Of a stretch of 64,000 bases of DNA, positions 1 through 14,274 are shown piece by piece. The notes beneath the pieces were generated by a model. The model saw only the letters and a list, made by a program, of their open reading frames with translations, ran no database searches and was not told where the DNA came from. Both the position numbers and the translations under genes were made by a program. Source of the DNA: the human T2T-CHM13v2.0 reference genome, Homo sapiens; the NCBI RefSeq assembly GCF_009914755.1, contig NC_060935.1; one strand, written 5' to 3'. Positions within the stretch are counted from its first letter, which is position 1; every line of letters begins with the position of its first letter.

Positions 1-1119
1 CCACATAATTAATAAAGATCAAAAGAGGAATTCAAACCCAGAGTCACCCGACTCTAAAGCCTATGATCATTCTACTACAGTATACCGCATCACATGCCTA
101 TAGAAAGATTAAGACTAAATATAACTGGAAGTATGTTTGCCAGTCTGTATTCAGGATCTATACCATGCACACAGAACAAAATATTAAAGTTACCAAATAC
201 TCAGTACGCAACTGAATTCATAGCCTGACAAAAATGGGCATGCCTTCTCCTCTCATACTGCCACTTCCTTCAGGAAAGAACATGCTATGTCAATACCCCG
301 TTTAGTACACTACCTTCACCCCACCCCAAGGTCCTACCATATCTCCTGTAGAACTAGCACACCCTTTTCATGGCCAGAAGAAAGGAAAGCCCCCAGATGG
401 CTAGTTCTCCCAGCTTTCTAAGGAAGTAGTATCACCGAGACGCCTTCTGTCATGCTCTGGGCCATCACACCTCCAAGAGCTGCTGGAGGGAAGATTTGCA
501 CAATACCATCTATATTAAACAATTATCCATCTTCTTCCAGGAGACTACCAAGACCAAGGACAGCAGCTACTCACCCTACATTTGCTAGTGCCAGTTTCCC
601 CCCAGTCTTCTACCATCATCCTGGTCTTGCATTGTGCATCCTAGAACTCAGTCACCTATCAGCACACTCCTCTAACTTTTCAACTGCTGTCTCAAAGTTC
701 TTGTCTTCTATCTCTTGTCTTACCTGGCCAACAATTACACCTTATTTCCCTGTAACTATCTTTAGTGTGGCTAGTTTTGTTTTTATTCCCACATCAGAGA
801 CTGGGTGTGAGGTGGCTGTTTCTTTCTCCCTTCTTTCAAACATTTTCATCTTCCTCCTTCTTCAAAAACATAATTTATTTGAAATAGACAACATTAGACT
901 TTATCACACAATCATCTTTCTGATTGCTGTCAACTACCTGCCTCCTCTTCAATCTCCTCATTCACTGATGATTTTAGCACCTGGTTTGCTATTTCTTCTT
1001 CATCTCTATTCATTCCAAAATTCTTAGCAATTTTTAAGATTCATTTGGATGATCCATTCAATACTTTTTTTCACTCTGTTCTTTACATTCAGCTCCATTG
1101 ATTTTTCCTCCATCTCACC

Positions 1120-1540
1120 TGTTATGAACTCAATATTTGCTCCCCACCCCCAAAAACAACAACAAAAAACTTATATTTTGGAAGTCTAACTCCCAGTATA
1201 GTGGTATTTGGAGATGTGGTCCTTGGAAGGTAACTCGGGTTAGTTAGGTCCTGAGGGTGGGGCCCTCATGATGGGATTAGTGACCTTATAAAAGAAAAAA
1301 ACATTCTCTTTCTCTCTTTCTGTCTCTCTCTGTCTCCAGATCTCTCTCCATGTTCACAGTGAGGAAAGTCCATGTAAGAAGACAGCCACCACCATAGGTC
1401 AGGAAGAGAGCTCTCACCAGCATCCAATCATGCTGGTGCTCTGATCTTGAAGTTCCAGTCTCTGGTACTGTGACAAAATATATTTTCGTTTTTAAGCAGC
1501 CAGTTTATAGTGCTTTGTTATGGCAGCCTGAGCTATTACA
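1120..1540 (+). mobile_element. MaLR solo LTR, MLT1A-like
   Basis: TG...CA termini; GGGTGGGGCCCTCATGATGGGATTAGTGACCTTATAAAAGA core; 3' end TTTGTTATGGCAGCCTGAGCTATTACA. Confidence 0.85.
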
Positions 1541-2279
1541 TCCCCACCATCCACAATTATTTTACCACTTCCTCCATGTCCAGGTCACTTACTTTTACAC
1601 CCCCATACTGGCCTCCTTAATCTTAATTAAAATCATTTATACTTCTCCTTTTGTTTTCCATCTATTCCATTTCTTCTTTTTCTTACTTACCTCCTTATTC
1701 AGCTGAGACCATGTGGCTCAACACTATAACCACTCCTTTGCAAACATAGTTAATTATATTCCCTTCACCCTTCTTTCCTGGGAGAGCTCTAAACCTATGT
1801 AAATCTATTTAAATATAATTATCCTACCAACTCTGTTTCTTCACGTGACAACTAAACATTCTAGGAGATACACACAGCTTTGCTGACTGGTCTCACTTTA
1901 GAAGTATGACCAAAAATCCTAGGAGGTATTCCAGAATTCCTGGTGATCCTACAATCCTTCCTTAATACATTTGTCTTTCAACTCACCAGATGAATATTTT
2001 ACATTTTTGCATCTCTTCAAATCCACTTCTTCTCCTTCACTTTCATTACTTAACCCTTGAATGAGAATAAAGAGGCAAAGACTCTCACACTGGAGACCTA
2101 CTTGATATCTCCCCTGGAATGTCTAAGATGCATCTCAGACATTACATTATCACTAACAACTCTTGCCCATGCCCCCAGTGTTTCCCAAATTCTTAGTAAA
2201 TGCCATAATCATCCCTCTTGCTGATAAAACCAAAACCCAAGTTGTTCTTGATCATACAGTTTTTCTTTACTCCACTTCC

Positions 2280-2405
2280 AATTAATCCATTCCATCACCT
2301 AGTAAATATTGAGCACCTACTATGTGCTAGTTATTGTCCTAGGCATTAATGATACAGATATTAATAAAACAAATAAAAATTCTTACCCTCATGGAACTCA
2401 CATAC
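2280..2405 (-). mobile_element. L2 3' terminal fragment
   Basis: TATTGAGCACCTACTATGTGCTAG...CCCTCATGGAACTCACAT is the reverse complement of the L2 tail. Confidence 0.7.
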
Positions 2406-2884
2406 TTGTCCTTTGACTCTATCTTGAAAATGCATTTCACATCTGTTCACTATTCTCCACCTCTACTCTAAGCCAGCACCCTCTCTCATTGGAAAAACTA
2501 CAGTGGCCTCCTTACTCTTCCCCTTACTTCCACACTTGTTCCTTTACAATCTGTTCTCTGCACAACAGTAGAGTGAGCTTGTGAAAACCCTGCATGTATG
2601 GTCCCAGGGACTCTCCACTGTGCTTGCAACAAAATCTAAGACTTCACCCTGACCCACATGCCTGACTTCACTGCCCCAGGTTTCTCCATTGCTCCCTGGG
2701 CTCAGGCATCATTCACTCAGCAAACATTCAGTTCATAACAGGTGAGATGGAGGAATGTGGCTCAACACTATTACCTTCTTCCCATTCTGCTTTGGAACTA
2801 TTGCATCAACTTTCTGCCCTGGCATTCACGACCCAGTTTAAATATCACCTCCTCAAGGAGGCCCTCCTTGATCATCAAATATAA

Positions 2885-3210
<326 letters not shown>

Positions 3211-3462
3211 ACTTTCTTAAGAGTCACCCTGTTATGCTTTCACTGATTTCTCCCCTAACACCCCTTTGCACCTTTCTCTGGGCTCTTAGTACTTTGATAT
3301 CTTTTCTTTTTCACATTTATGTGATTGATGTACTTATATTTTCTTCCCCCACTTTATCTTCACTAAAGCTATGGATTCTGTTAGACTTTTCATTATTATA
3401 TCTTCCCCTGCACCTTAAACAGTACCTTGTACATAGTAGAGACAAAGTCATATGTATAATTT

Positions 3463-3752
3463 TTGGTCTTTTGAGTTGGAATGTTGCTCTATCACCCAGG
3501 CTGGAGTGCAGTGGCACCATTATGACTCCCTGCAGTGCCAAACTCCCAAGCTCAAGCCATCCTCCTGCTTCAGCCTCTTGAATAGCTGGAATGACAGGCA
3601 CATACCACCATGCCCTGCTAATTTTCAAAATTTTGTAGAGACAGTGTCTTGCTATGTTACCCAAGCTGGCCTCAAAGTCCAGAGCTCATGCAATCCTCCC
3701 ACCTCAGCCTCTCAAAGTGCTAGGATTATAGGTGTGAGCCACTGCACATAGC
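3463..3752 (-). mobile_element. AluJ
   Basis: Diverged dimer with J-type GCTCAAGCCATCCTCC. Confidence 0.9.
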
Positions 3753-3789
3753 TATAAATTTTTTTTAATGAAAAGAAGGTAGGCATATA

Positions 3790-4090
3790 TGAAAAGAAAT
3801 TATTTTGGACTAGGGGTCAAAAGTTCAGTGTTTGAATGCTAGTTTTTTTCACTAACTACTGGGTATGGCCTTAGGTATAACATTTCCTTGGACTTACTTT
3901 CCTCATTTATGAAATGATTGTAATGTGAATGCTGGAGCTAGATATGCCCAATTTTTAAATTCTGGCTCAAGCTACCCCTGGATATATGACTTAAGAGAAA
4001 CTACTTAACCCTATACTCTCCATCCAGAGAACTGTTGTGAGAATTAAATAAACTATGAAAAAACCTAGCGCAGAGCCTAGTACATGTGAG
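3790..4090 (+). mobile_element. MIR fragments
   Basis: TTTCCTCATTTATGAAATG and GTTGTGAGAATTAAATAA core motifs. Confidence 0.6.
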
Positions 4091-4739
4091 AACTCTAAAA
4101 TCCACATTTTTTTCCTTTTTTATTATGAGATATAATAAGCAATGGTCTTAGCTAAAAATATATAGAATGAGTGAAGCACACACAAACTTAGAGTGCAGAA
4201 ATTCATTTTTACCTTGTTCTTATTTCAAGGCATAGCTAGGAACAAAAAGACATTCCCAGCTTTGCTCAGTTCCAGGCTTGAATATATTAAGCTAATTAAA
4301 ATAAATAAAGAATAAAAAGAATTCCACCAAGTATGCACATAGAGTGAGCACATAATGTTTACACTCAGAAGAAAGAGGTTTACACTAAACTTTGCATAAC
4401 ATGAGCCAGTCTTCCTTCCCAGCTTAGGCTGTGCTAGGTGAATTGAATCTAAAAGAGAGCGAGCAGGAGCAGCAAGTGCCAGGAGCCTCTTCCACTCTTG
4501 CAGTCTTCAGGCATGACAGCACCTGGGGCAACACCTGGGTACTTTTGGAGGCACCTGCTGCCTCAGGGAGTCTCATACATGGCACAGCTGCTCTGAGAGC
4601 CCCTGCCTCCCTCCTTGACATTGTCTTCCCAGGGGAGAAAGGGAATCTACATTTAGTGAGTCCCAACATCTGTCAGCCACAATCCTAGGTGATATATAAG
4701 CTTCACAACAAACCTTAGAGCAGGTAGCATTTTTGACAT

Positions 4740-4960
4740 TTTACATTTGTTGGGTTTCTGCTACATGCCAAGCCCTCTGACAAGCATGTCTCATACTTCA
4801 TCTCAGCTTTCAAAGTAATCCTGGAAGAAGACATAATTGTGCACTTCGGGTAGATGAGGAAATTAAGGTTTAGAGAGGCTGAATAGCTGCTAGGAGTCCT
4901 TCAAGCAGGGAGTGGAAGAGCTGAAATTAAAAAGTAGTTCTAGCTAACTCCTGGACCCAA
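4740..4960 (-). mobile_element. MIR
   Basis: GATGAGGAAATTAAGGTTTAGAGAGG core. Confidence 0.6.
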
Positions 4961-5436
4961 AATGTGAATCAAGTTTACTAAATTAGAAGAATTTACAGAA
5001 CCCAGAATAGAGCCTATGCACGCATATATATATGTGGGATACTGGCAGGTAAGAGATTAGGTTTTTCTGTTAAATCACCAAGGAAGGCTGGAGGATTAAA
5101 TGAGATAATGTATGTAACTTGCCTGGTACATTACAGCCTGCAAAAGGTGAGTCATTATTATTATCAATTACTTAAATTCTACCTTCCCCTGGAAATAGTC
5201 TTTCATCTTTTAAAGTGAGCTGTTTCAACTATGGCATTCTAAAGAAATTTAGCTGGACTTTTCCTCTGATACTTAGCATTTTCTCCCTTGTTGATAATAT
5301 ATTTCTTCTTCCTTCTTATTTTCTGTTAAGACTGCATTTTCCTTAAGGATGGGATCTGTCTGGCTTGTCTTTTGTATCTCACATATCTAGAATACAGCTG
5401 TGTACATCATTTATGATCATGGCATATTTGTGGAAG

Positions 5437-5570
5437 CAAGAAAAAGTAAAAGAAAAGAAAAGAAAGAAAAAGTGAAGAAAGGAGAGAGAGAGGCAGAAAG
5501 AGGAAGGAAGGAGAAAAGAAAGAAACAGAGAAGAAAAGAAAAAAACAGCAAGAGAATAAAGGAGATAAAA
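5437..5570. repeat. GA-rich low-complexity tract
   Basis: (GAAAA)n/(GA)n purine run. Confidence 0.9.
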
Positions 5571-5689
5571 ATTCAAAGCACAAAGCCTGTACACATTAGA
5601 AAATTATGCCTAAATCCAGTGAGTGCTGGTAAATAATAATAACGAAAGTAATTATCATTTAAATCAGTATATCAGCATGCATCTGTGAT

Positions 5690-5815
5690 ACAACAACATA
5701 CATTTGTGAATACCTATCATCTGCTGGATACTACTCTAATTGCTTTCCCCACATTATCTCAGGTAGGTATCACTGAGATCTAAACTCTGTAAATGAGAAA
5801 ACTGAGGCACGGGTG
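5690..5815 (-). mobile_element. MIR
   Basis: AAATGAGAAAACTGAGGCAC core. Confidence 0.7.
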
Positions 5816-8414
5816 CCTCAGTATTATATCTGGACTCCCATAATTAGCCTGAGTAGTCTTCCCACCCTCTACCCTCTGAAGACTTCACTGTGTGTCGTTC
5901 CTCTCTATGTGTTCATGTGTTCTCATCATTTATCTCCTGCTTATAAGTGAGAACATGTAGTATTTGGTTTTCTGTTCCTGCATTAGTTTGCTAAGGATAA
6001 TGGCCTCCAGCTCCATCCGTGTTCCTGCAAAGGGCATACTCTCATTTTTATGACTGCACAGTAGTCCATGGTGTATATGTTCCATATTTTCTTTATTCTA
6101 CCATTGATGGGCATTTAGGTTGATTTCATGTCTTTGCTATCATAAATAGTGCTGCAGTGAACATACAGGCACATGTGTTTTTATGATAGAATGATTTATA
6201 TTCGTTTGGGAATATACCCAGTAACGGGATTGTTGGGTCAAATGGTAGTTATGTTTTTAGGCCTTTGAGGAATCGTCATACTGTTTTCCACAGTGGTTAA
6301 ACTAGTTTACACCCCCACCAGCAGTGTATATGTGTTTCTTTTTTTTTCAGCTTCGCCAGCATCTGTTATTTTTTGACTTCTTAATAATAGCCACTCTGAC
6401 TGATGTGAGATGGTATTTCATTGTGTTTTGATTTGCATTTCTCTAATAATCAATGAGTTGAGCTGTTTTTTATATGATTGTAGGCCACATGTACGTCTTG
6501 TTTTGAAAAGTGTTCATATCCTTTGCCTACTTCTTAATGGGTTTTTTTTCTTGTACATTTGTTTAAGTTCCTTACAGATGCTGGATATTAGATCTTTGTC
6601 AGATGCATAGTTTGCAAAATTTTTCTCCCATTCTGTAGGTTGTCTGTTCACTGTGTTGATAGTTTCTTTCACTGTGCAGAAGCTCCTTAGTTTAGTTATA
6701 TTCCATTTGTTAATTTTTACTGTTGTTGTCTTCATCATGCAATCTTTGCCCATTCCTGTGTCCAGAAGGGTATTACCTAGGTTGTCTTCCAAAGTTTTTA
6801 TAGTTTTGGGTTTTACATTTAAGTCTTTTATCCATCTTGCGTTAATTTTTATATATGGTGTAAGTAAGGGGCTCATTTTCAGTCTTTTGCATATGGCTAG
6901 ACAGTTGTCCCAGCACCATTTATTAAATAGGGAATCCTGCTCTCATTGCTTGTTTTTGTCAGGTTTGTCAAAGATCAGAGAATTGTAGGTGTATGGTCTT
7001 ATTTCTGGGCACTCTATTCTACTCCCTTGGTCTATGTGTCTGTTTTTGTACAAGTACCATACTGTTTTGGTTACTTTAGCCCTGTGATGTGGTTTGAGGT
7101 CAGAGAGTATGACGCTTTCAGCTGTGTTCTTTTTACTTAGGACTGCCTTGGCTATTCAGCCTTTTATGTTCCATATAAATTTTAAAATAGTTTTTTCTAG
7201 TTCTGTGAGGAATCTCAATGGTAGTTTGATAGGAATAGCATTTAACCTACAAATTACTTTGGGCACTATGACCACTTTAGCAATATTGATTTTTCCTATC
7301 GACAAGCATAGAATGTTTTTCCATTTGTTTGTGTCATCTCTGATTTCTACGATCAATGTTTTGTAGCTCTCCTTGTAGAGATATTCAGCTCCCTGGTTGG
7401 CTGTTTTGCTAGGTATTTAATTCTTTTGGTGGCAGTTGTGAATGGAATTGTGTTCCTGATTTGGCTCTTGGCTTGACTGTTATTGGTGTACAGGACTGTT
7501 ACTGATTTTTGAATGTTGATTTTGTATCCTGAGACTTTACTGAAGTTGTTTATCAGCTTAAGGAGCTTTTGGGATGAGACTATGGGGTTTTCGAGATATA
7601 GGATCATGTCATCTGCAAACAAGGATAGTTTGACTCCTTCTTTTCCTATATGGATGCCCTATATTTCTTTCTCTTGCCTGATTCCTCTGGCCAGGACTTC
7701 CGATACTATGTCGAATAGGAGTGGTGAGAGAGGGCATCTTTGTCTTGTGCTGGTTTTCAAGGGGAATGCTTTCAGCATTTGTCCATTCAGTACGATGTTG
7801 GTGGTGGGTTTGTCAGAGTTAGCTCGTATTATTTTGAGGTATGTTCCTTCAATACCCAGTTTATTGAGAGTTTTTAACATGAATGGGTTGCTGGATTTTA
7901 TCAAAAGCCTTTTCTTCATCTACTGAGATGATCATGTGGTTTTTTTGTGTTTAGTTCTGTTTACATGATGAATCACATTTATTGATTTGTCTATGTTGAA
8001 CCAACCTTACATCCCAGGGATAAAGCCTACTTGATTGTGGTGGATAAGCTTTTTGATGCGCTGCTGGATTTAGTTTGCCAGTATTTTGTTGACAATTTTT
8101 GCATCAAAGTTTATCAAGGATATTGGTCTGAAGTTTTCTTTTTTTGTTGTGTCTCTGCCAGGTTTTGCTGTTAGGGTGATGCTGGCCTCCTAGAATGAGT
8201 TACGGAGGAGTTCCTCCTGCTCAACTTCTTTGAAATACTTTCAGCAGAAATGGTACCAGCTCTTCTTTGTACAGCTGGTAGAATTCAGCTGTGAATCTGT
8301 CTGGTCCTGGGCTTCTTTTTTATTGCTGGTAGGCTATTTATTACTAACTCAATTTCAGAGTCATTATTGGTCTGTTTAGGGATCCAATTTCTTCCTGGTT
8401 CAGTACTGGGAAGG

Positions 8415-8787
8415 TGTATTAGTCTGTTCTCACACTGCTATAAAGAAATACCTGAGACTGGGTAATTTATCAATAAAAGAGGTTTAATTGACTCACAGTT
8501 CCGCATGGCTGGAGAGGCCTCTTGAAATTTACAATAATGGCAGAAGGGGAAGCAAACACATTCTTCTTCACATGGCAGCAGGGAGAGAAGTGCTGTGCAA
8601 ACGGGGGAAAGCCCCTTATAAAACCATCAGATCTTGTGAGAACTCACTTACTATCATGTGAACAGCATGAGGGTAACCACCCCCATGATTCAATTACCTT
8701 CCACTGGGTCCCTCCCAGGACATGTGGGAATTATGAGAACTACAATTCAAAATGAGATTTGGGTAGGGACACAGCCAAACCATATCA
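8415..8787 (-). mobile_element. THE1 (C/D-like) MaLR solo LTR inside L1 ORF2
   Basis: TGTATTAGTC...CCAAACCATATCA; perfect 5-bp TSD GAAGG (8410-8414, 8788-8792). Confidence 0.95.
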
Positions 8788-9167
8788 GAAGGTGTATGTG
8801 TCCAAGAATTTATCAATTTCTTCTACGTTTTTTTGTTTATATGTATAGAGGTATTCATAATATTCTCTGATGATTGTTTGTATTTCCATAGGGTCAGTGG
8901 TAATATCATTCTCTTTGTTTCTGATTGTGTTCATTTAAATCTTCTCTCTTTTCTTTCTTATTAGTCTAGCTAGCAGTCTATCAATTTCATTAACTTTTTC
9001 AAAATACCAACTCCTGAATTTGTCTATCTTTTGAGTGGTTTTTCATGTCTCTCTCCTTCAGTTCAGCTCTAATTTTGGTTATTTCTTGTCTTCTGCTAGC
9101 TTTCTGGTTGTTTTTTTTTTCTGGGTTCTCTAGTTCTTTTAGTTGTGATTTTAGGTTGTTACCTTGA

Positions 9168-9494
<327 letters not shown>

Positions 9495-12400
9495 ATCTTT
9501 CTAACTTTCTGACATAGCCATTTAGTGCTACAAATTTCCCTCTTAACACTGCCTTAGCTGTGTTCCAGAGATCCTGGTATGTTGTATCTTTGTTCTCATT
9601 ACTTTCAAATAATTTCTTGATTTCTGCCTTAATTTCATTATTTACCCAAAAGTCATTCACAAGCAGGTTATTCAACTTTCATTTAACTGTGTGGGGTTGA
9701 GTGAATTTCTTAGTCTTCATTTCTAATTTGATTGTGCTGTGGTCCAAAAGATGGTTATGATTTCAATTCTTTTGTATTTGCAGAGAAGTGTTTTACTTCT
9801 CATTATGTGATTGATTTTAGAGTATGTGCCATGTGGCAATGAGAAGAATGTTGTCTCCGTTGTTTCAGGGTGGAGAGTACTACAGATGTCTATCAGGTCC
9901 ATTTGATCCAGTGCTGAGTTTAGATTCTGAATATCTTTGTTAAGTATTTATCTCAATAATATGTCTTATATCATCAGTGGAGTGTTAAAGCCTCTCACTA
10001 CTATTTTGTGGGAATCCAAGTCTCTTTGCAGGTCCCAAACAATGTGCTTTTTGAATCTGAGTGCTCCTGTCTTGGATGCATATGTATTTAGGAGAGGTAG
10101 ATCTTGTTGAGTTGAACCCTTTACCACTACGTAAAGCCCTTCTTTGTCTATTTTGATCTTTGTTGTTTAAAGTCTGTTTTGCTTCAGAAACTAGGATTTC
10201 AACCCCTCATTTTTTCTGTCTCCCATTTTCTGGGTAGATTTTTCTCCGCCTCTTTATTTTGAGCCTATAGGTGTCATTACATGTGAAACAGGTCTCTGGA
10301 AGACAGCATACCAATGGGTGCTAGTTTTTTCTCCTGCTTGCCACTCTGTTTCTTTTAATTGGGGCATTTAGCCCATTTACATGCAAGGTTGCATGGATTT
10401 CATCCTGTCTTCATGATGTTAGCTGGTTATTTTGCCAACTTGTTTATGTGGTTGCTTTATAGTGTCACTGGTCTGTGTGCTTCAGTGTGTTTTTGTGGTG
10501 GCTGGTAACAGTCTTTTCCTTCCATATTTAGTGCTTCCTTCAGGAGGTCTTGTTAGGCAGGTCTAGTGGTAACAAAATCCCTCAGCATTTGCTTGTCTGA
10601 AAAAGATCTAATTTCTCTTTTGCTTGGAATCTTAGTTTGCCAGAATATTAAATTCCACATTGGAACTCCTTTTCTTCAATAATGTTGAATATTGTCCCAC
10701 AATCTCTTCTGGCTTGTAGGGCTTTTGCAGACAGGTCTGCTCTTAGTCTGATGGGCCTCCCTTTGTAGATGACCTAACCTTTCTCTCTAGCTGCCTTTCA
10801 CATTTTTTTTTCTTTCATTTAGACCTTGGAGAATCTATTGATTATATGTACTGGGGATAATCTTCTTGTGAAGTATCTTACTAGGATTCTCTGCATTTCC
10901 TGAATTTGAATCTTGGCCTCTCTAGCTAGGTTGGGGAAGTTTTCATTGTTGCTATTCTGAAATATGTAATCCAAGTTGGTTCCATTCTCTCTATCTCTTT
11001 CAGGGACACTAATGAGGCATAGATTTGGTTTCTTTACAAAATCCTATATTTCTCTGAGTTTTTTTTTTTTCTTTTTCATTTTTTTCTCTATTCTTGTCTA
11101 ACTCTCTTATTTCAAATAGCCAGTCTTCAGGCTCTGAGAATCTTTCCTCTGCTCGGTCTATTCTGCTATTAACACTTGTAGTTGCATTATAAAATTCTTG
11201 TAGTGTGTTTTTCAGCTCTACCAGGTTGGTTATGTTCTTTTTTATGCTGCATGTTATGTCAGCTCCTGCATTGTTTTATCATGATTTTTAACTTTCTTGG
11301 ATTGGGTTTCAACACACTCTTGTAGCTCAATGATCTTCATTCCTATCCATATTCTGAATTCTATATCTGTCAGTTAAGTCATCTCAGCCTGGTTCAGAAC
11401 TCTTGCTGGGGAGGTGATGCAGTCGTTTGGGGGAAAAAAAGGCACTCTGGTGTTTTGAGTTGTCAGGGTTCTTGCACTGATTCTTTGTCATTTTTGTGGG
11501 ATTATCTACCTTCAATCTGTGAGGCTGCTGACCTTTGGATTTTTTTTTTCTTTCATCTTACTTGATGACCTTGAGGGTTTGATTGTGGTATAAGGTGAAT
11601 TCATTCAACTGGCTTCATTTCTGGAAGATTTTAAGGGGCCAGTGCTCTGCTCTCAACTCCTGGACTACAAGCTGTAACTCTGGGGACTTGTATTGGGCCC
11701 CAACTTTGTTCTCTGGCTCCTTGAGGTTAGGAATCTTCTACTGCACTGTAGGGTTCAAGGTGCTCCTGGACCACTGGTCACTACACTTCTATGGGTGGTG
11801 ACAGCCAAAGTGCTTCACAGTGCAGTGACAGTGGAATTTGTCCTCATAGTGGCAGTTGTGGCAGAATGTTAGTGGGTGCTGGGTAGCCTACCTCTCTTTG
11901 GACGTTCACCACAGTGGCAGAGACAACACAGCTGGGGGTGCAGTAGGCACCTGCTGGGAACTGTGTGCCTGGTCATGCTGGAAGTAGTGTTTGTTCTTGG
12001 GCGAAGTACTGGTGGGACCAGGTCTAGGTGCCTTCTCTGTGCCCTGCAAGCAGGAGTGATTTTTCAGGATGGAGGATAATCTGCTGTTCTCTTTGCAGTG
12101 TTAGTGCAAGGGCAGGGTGCTAGTGGAGGCAGCACTGGCTGGCTCTGTACCCACCAAGGCTCTATCTGCAATGGTTGTCAGCAGGGGAGGGGTGCGGACC
12201 GCACTCTCACATGCTGGTGGGGTAAGGAAAGCAAAACCTGCCTACATAGACATGTACCAGCAAAGTGATGTGGAGAGTTGCTGTGGGACTGGGGGAAGCT
12301 GCAGTATGGGGAGGGAGTGGGCAGCCTGGTGCGTGGCCACGGGGGCTGCCCTGCTGGAGTTTTCCACTGGTCAGGCATGCTCTGCCAGTACAGAAGCTAT

Positions 12401-13004
12401 GGTGCAGGCCCCCAGGGCACCCAAGACTGCCCTGTAAGCTGGTATGGCCAGACTGGGGCCACAGGAGAGGCCTGCAAACTAAGGGGTACTCAGGTGGGAC
12501 TGGCCTCATATGATAGGCAAGACTGCCCTGCAGGGTTCAGGACTGACAGTTCTCTAGGGCTAAAATATCCTATGGGAACAAGTCAAGCCTAGGGGTATGG
12601 CTGTCCCTGGCTGTGCCCCACTATAGATGGTCCTGAACCAAACCCTGTGGGCTCCACATCAGCGGGCTCGCTGCCCCCTACCACTTCTCTGAGTAGCTCT
12701 CCTTCTCAACTCCATTGCTCATGATGGTTAAGGTGTCTCCTTCTGCCAGAGTTCCAGAGGTCTGTAGCTAGAGCTGACTGCTACTTGCCAGTTCAACTCA
12801 CCCATTCCCCCAAAGCCATGGGGTGCTGGGTATGAGTCCGAGTGTGCAGTAGCCCCACGCAGGGTTCCCTGATTTCCTCTTCAGCCCAGCTTCTGTGCCT
12901 CTCCTTCATCCACTCTCGGTGCCTTTCCTCTCAAGATCTTTTAGGAGCATGCCAGTTATCTCACTCCCTCAGTGAGAACTGTTCCACCTGGCTACATCTA
13001 GTTG

Positions 13005-13013
13005 GCCATCTTG
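13005..13013 (-). promoter_or_regulatory. YY1 site at L1 5' end
   Basis: GCCATCTTG is the reverse complement of CAAGATGGC, at the canonical position in the L1 5'UTR. Confidence 0.65.
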
Positions 13014-13828
13014 CCCTCCCTCCATCCTGAGTCTTGATGAACAAGAGATGGTTACCAAGTAAGTTACCTTGAATGTCAGTTGGTTCATGTAAGAGTTGCT
13101 GTTGGAAAAAAAAATTTAAAGCAGTCATTTGTAGCTTTGTATGCAAATTCAGTGAAGGTTTGTTCCATCACATTTTCTCCCTCCGTATACCTGCAACAAA
13201 AAAAATGTATTCTGCTGCCCTGGGGTAGTGCAAGATTGAACGAGAAGCATACTTCAGAAGTCAGTGCCAGAAAAAAAGCAACTGAATATTGGACTCTGTC
13301 AAAAATCCAAGAGGAGGGTATGTTCAGGGCTGTTGCCGGAAGCTGCCACAAAGTAGGTGGAGAAGAGACACTATCAAGACCAATTTGAAAACAGGGATTT
13401 TTGCATTGGTGTTTGAAGAGAAAGGACAAAGTAATAAGAGTAGACATTTTGGAAACCATCCCCCAAATGATCCCACTGTCCAGATGCAGTCAGCTCAGTC
13501 TTGATGGATTCTCTCTAGTTCAGTGACATTTTGAGCATACCAGTTATGCTTTCCTGTGCTGCTGCTCCAAGACTCTGCTGCCCAGCTGTCAACATGTACT
13601 ATTTAGCAGTCACCAAGTTCTTGTTTTACAAAATGAAAAATGGAACCTGTTTTGGGCCACTCTTAGGGTTCCAGAAATTGTATTTATACAGGTAGTGAGC
13701 ATGCAGTTAACATGTGAAAAATCAATCAGTCTTTGTACCTTGTCAGAGTTGGGCTATGAGTTATGAAGGGAATACTGGGACACATTTTCTCCCGAGTTCC
13801 TCTGTAAATCAGTTCCACACTTAGACAT

Positions 13829-14221
13829 TGCTGTGGTTTGAATGTGTCATGCAAAGCTGATGTGTTGGATCCTTAATCCCCAATGCAGCAGTGTTGAGGC
13901 AGGACTTTTAAGAGGTGCTTAGGTCATGAAGGCTCTGGCCTTATAAGTGGATTAATACCCTGTTCACTGCACTGGGTTACTGAGCGCCAGAGTGTGTTCC
14001 CGGTAAAAGGATGAGTTCAGCTTCCTTCCCCTCTTGGGCTCACCCTTTCTTGCCCTTCCACCTTCCAGCATGCAATGACTCAGCAAGAGGGCTTTCAGCA
14101 GATGTGGGACCCTTAACCCTGGATTTCTCAGTCTCCAGAACTGTAAAAAATAAATTCGTTTTCTCTATAAGTTACCCAGTCTATGATATTTGGTTATAGC
14201 AACACAAAATGGACTAAGATA
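13829..14221 (+). mobile_element. MaLR solo LTR, MSTC-like
   Basis: TGCTGTGGTTTGAATGTGTC start; GTTATAGCAACACAAAATGGACTAAGATA end. Confidence 0.85.
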
Positions 14222-14274
14222 TATACATAAACTTTTTCTCCTTTGAACGTGACTGTAAATACATTTGTCATAAT

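Noticed and set aside
452-1027. 191-aa ORF as a host gene
   Set aside because: S/L/F-rich, no splice or promoter context; the only recognisable part resembles decayed L2 endonuclease
11560-13024. GC-rich, ORF-dense stretch as a gene or CpG island
   Set aside because: It is the L1 5'UTR on the minus strand and is CpG-depleted
13080-13504. Overlapping 70-124 aa ORFs in unique DNA
   Set aside because: No recognisable domain and no convincing splice sites; consistent with chance
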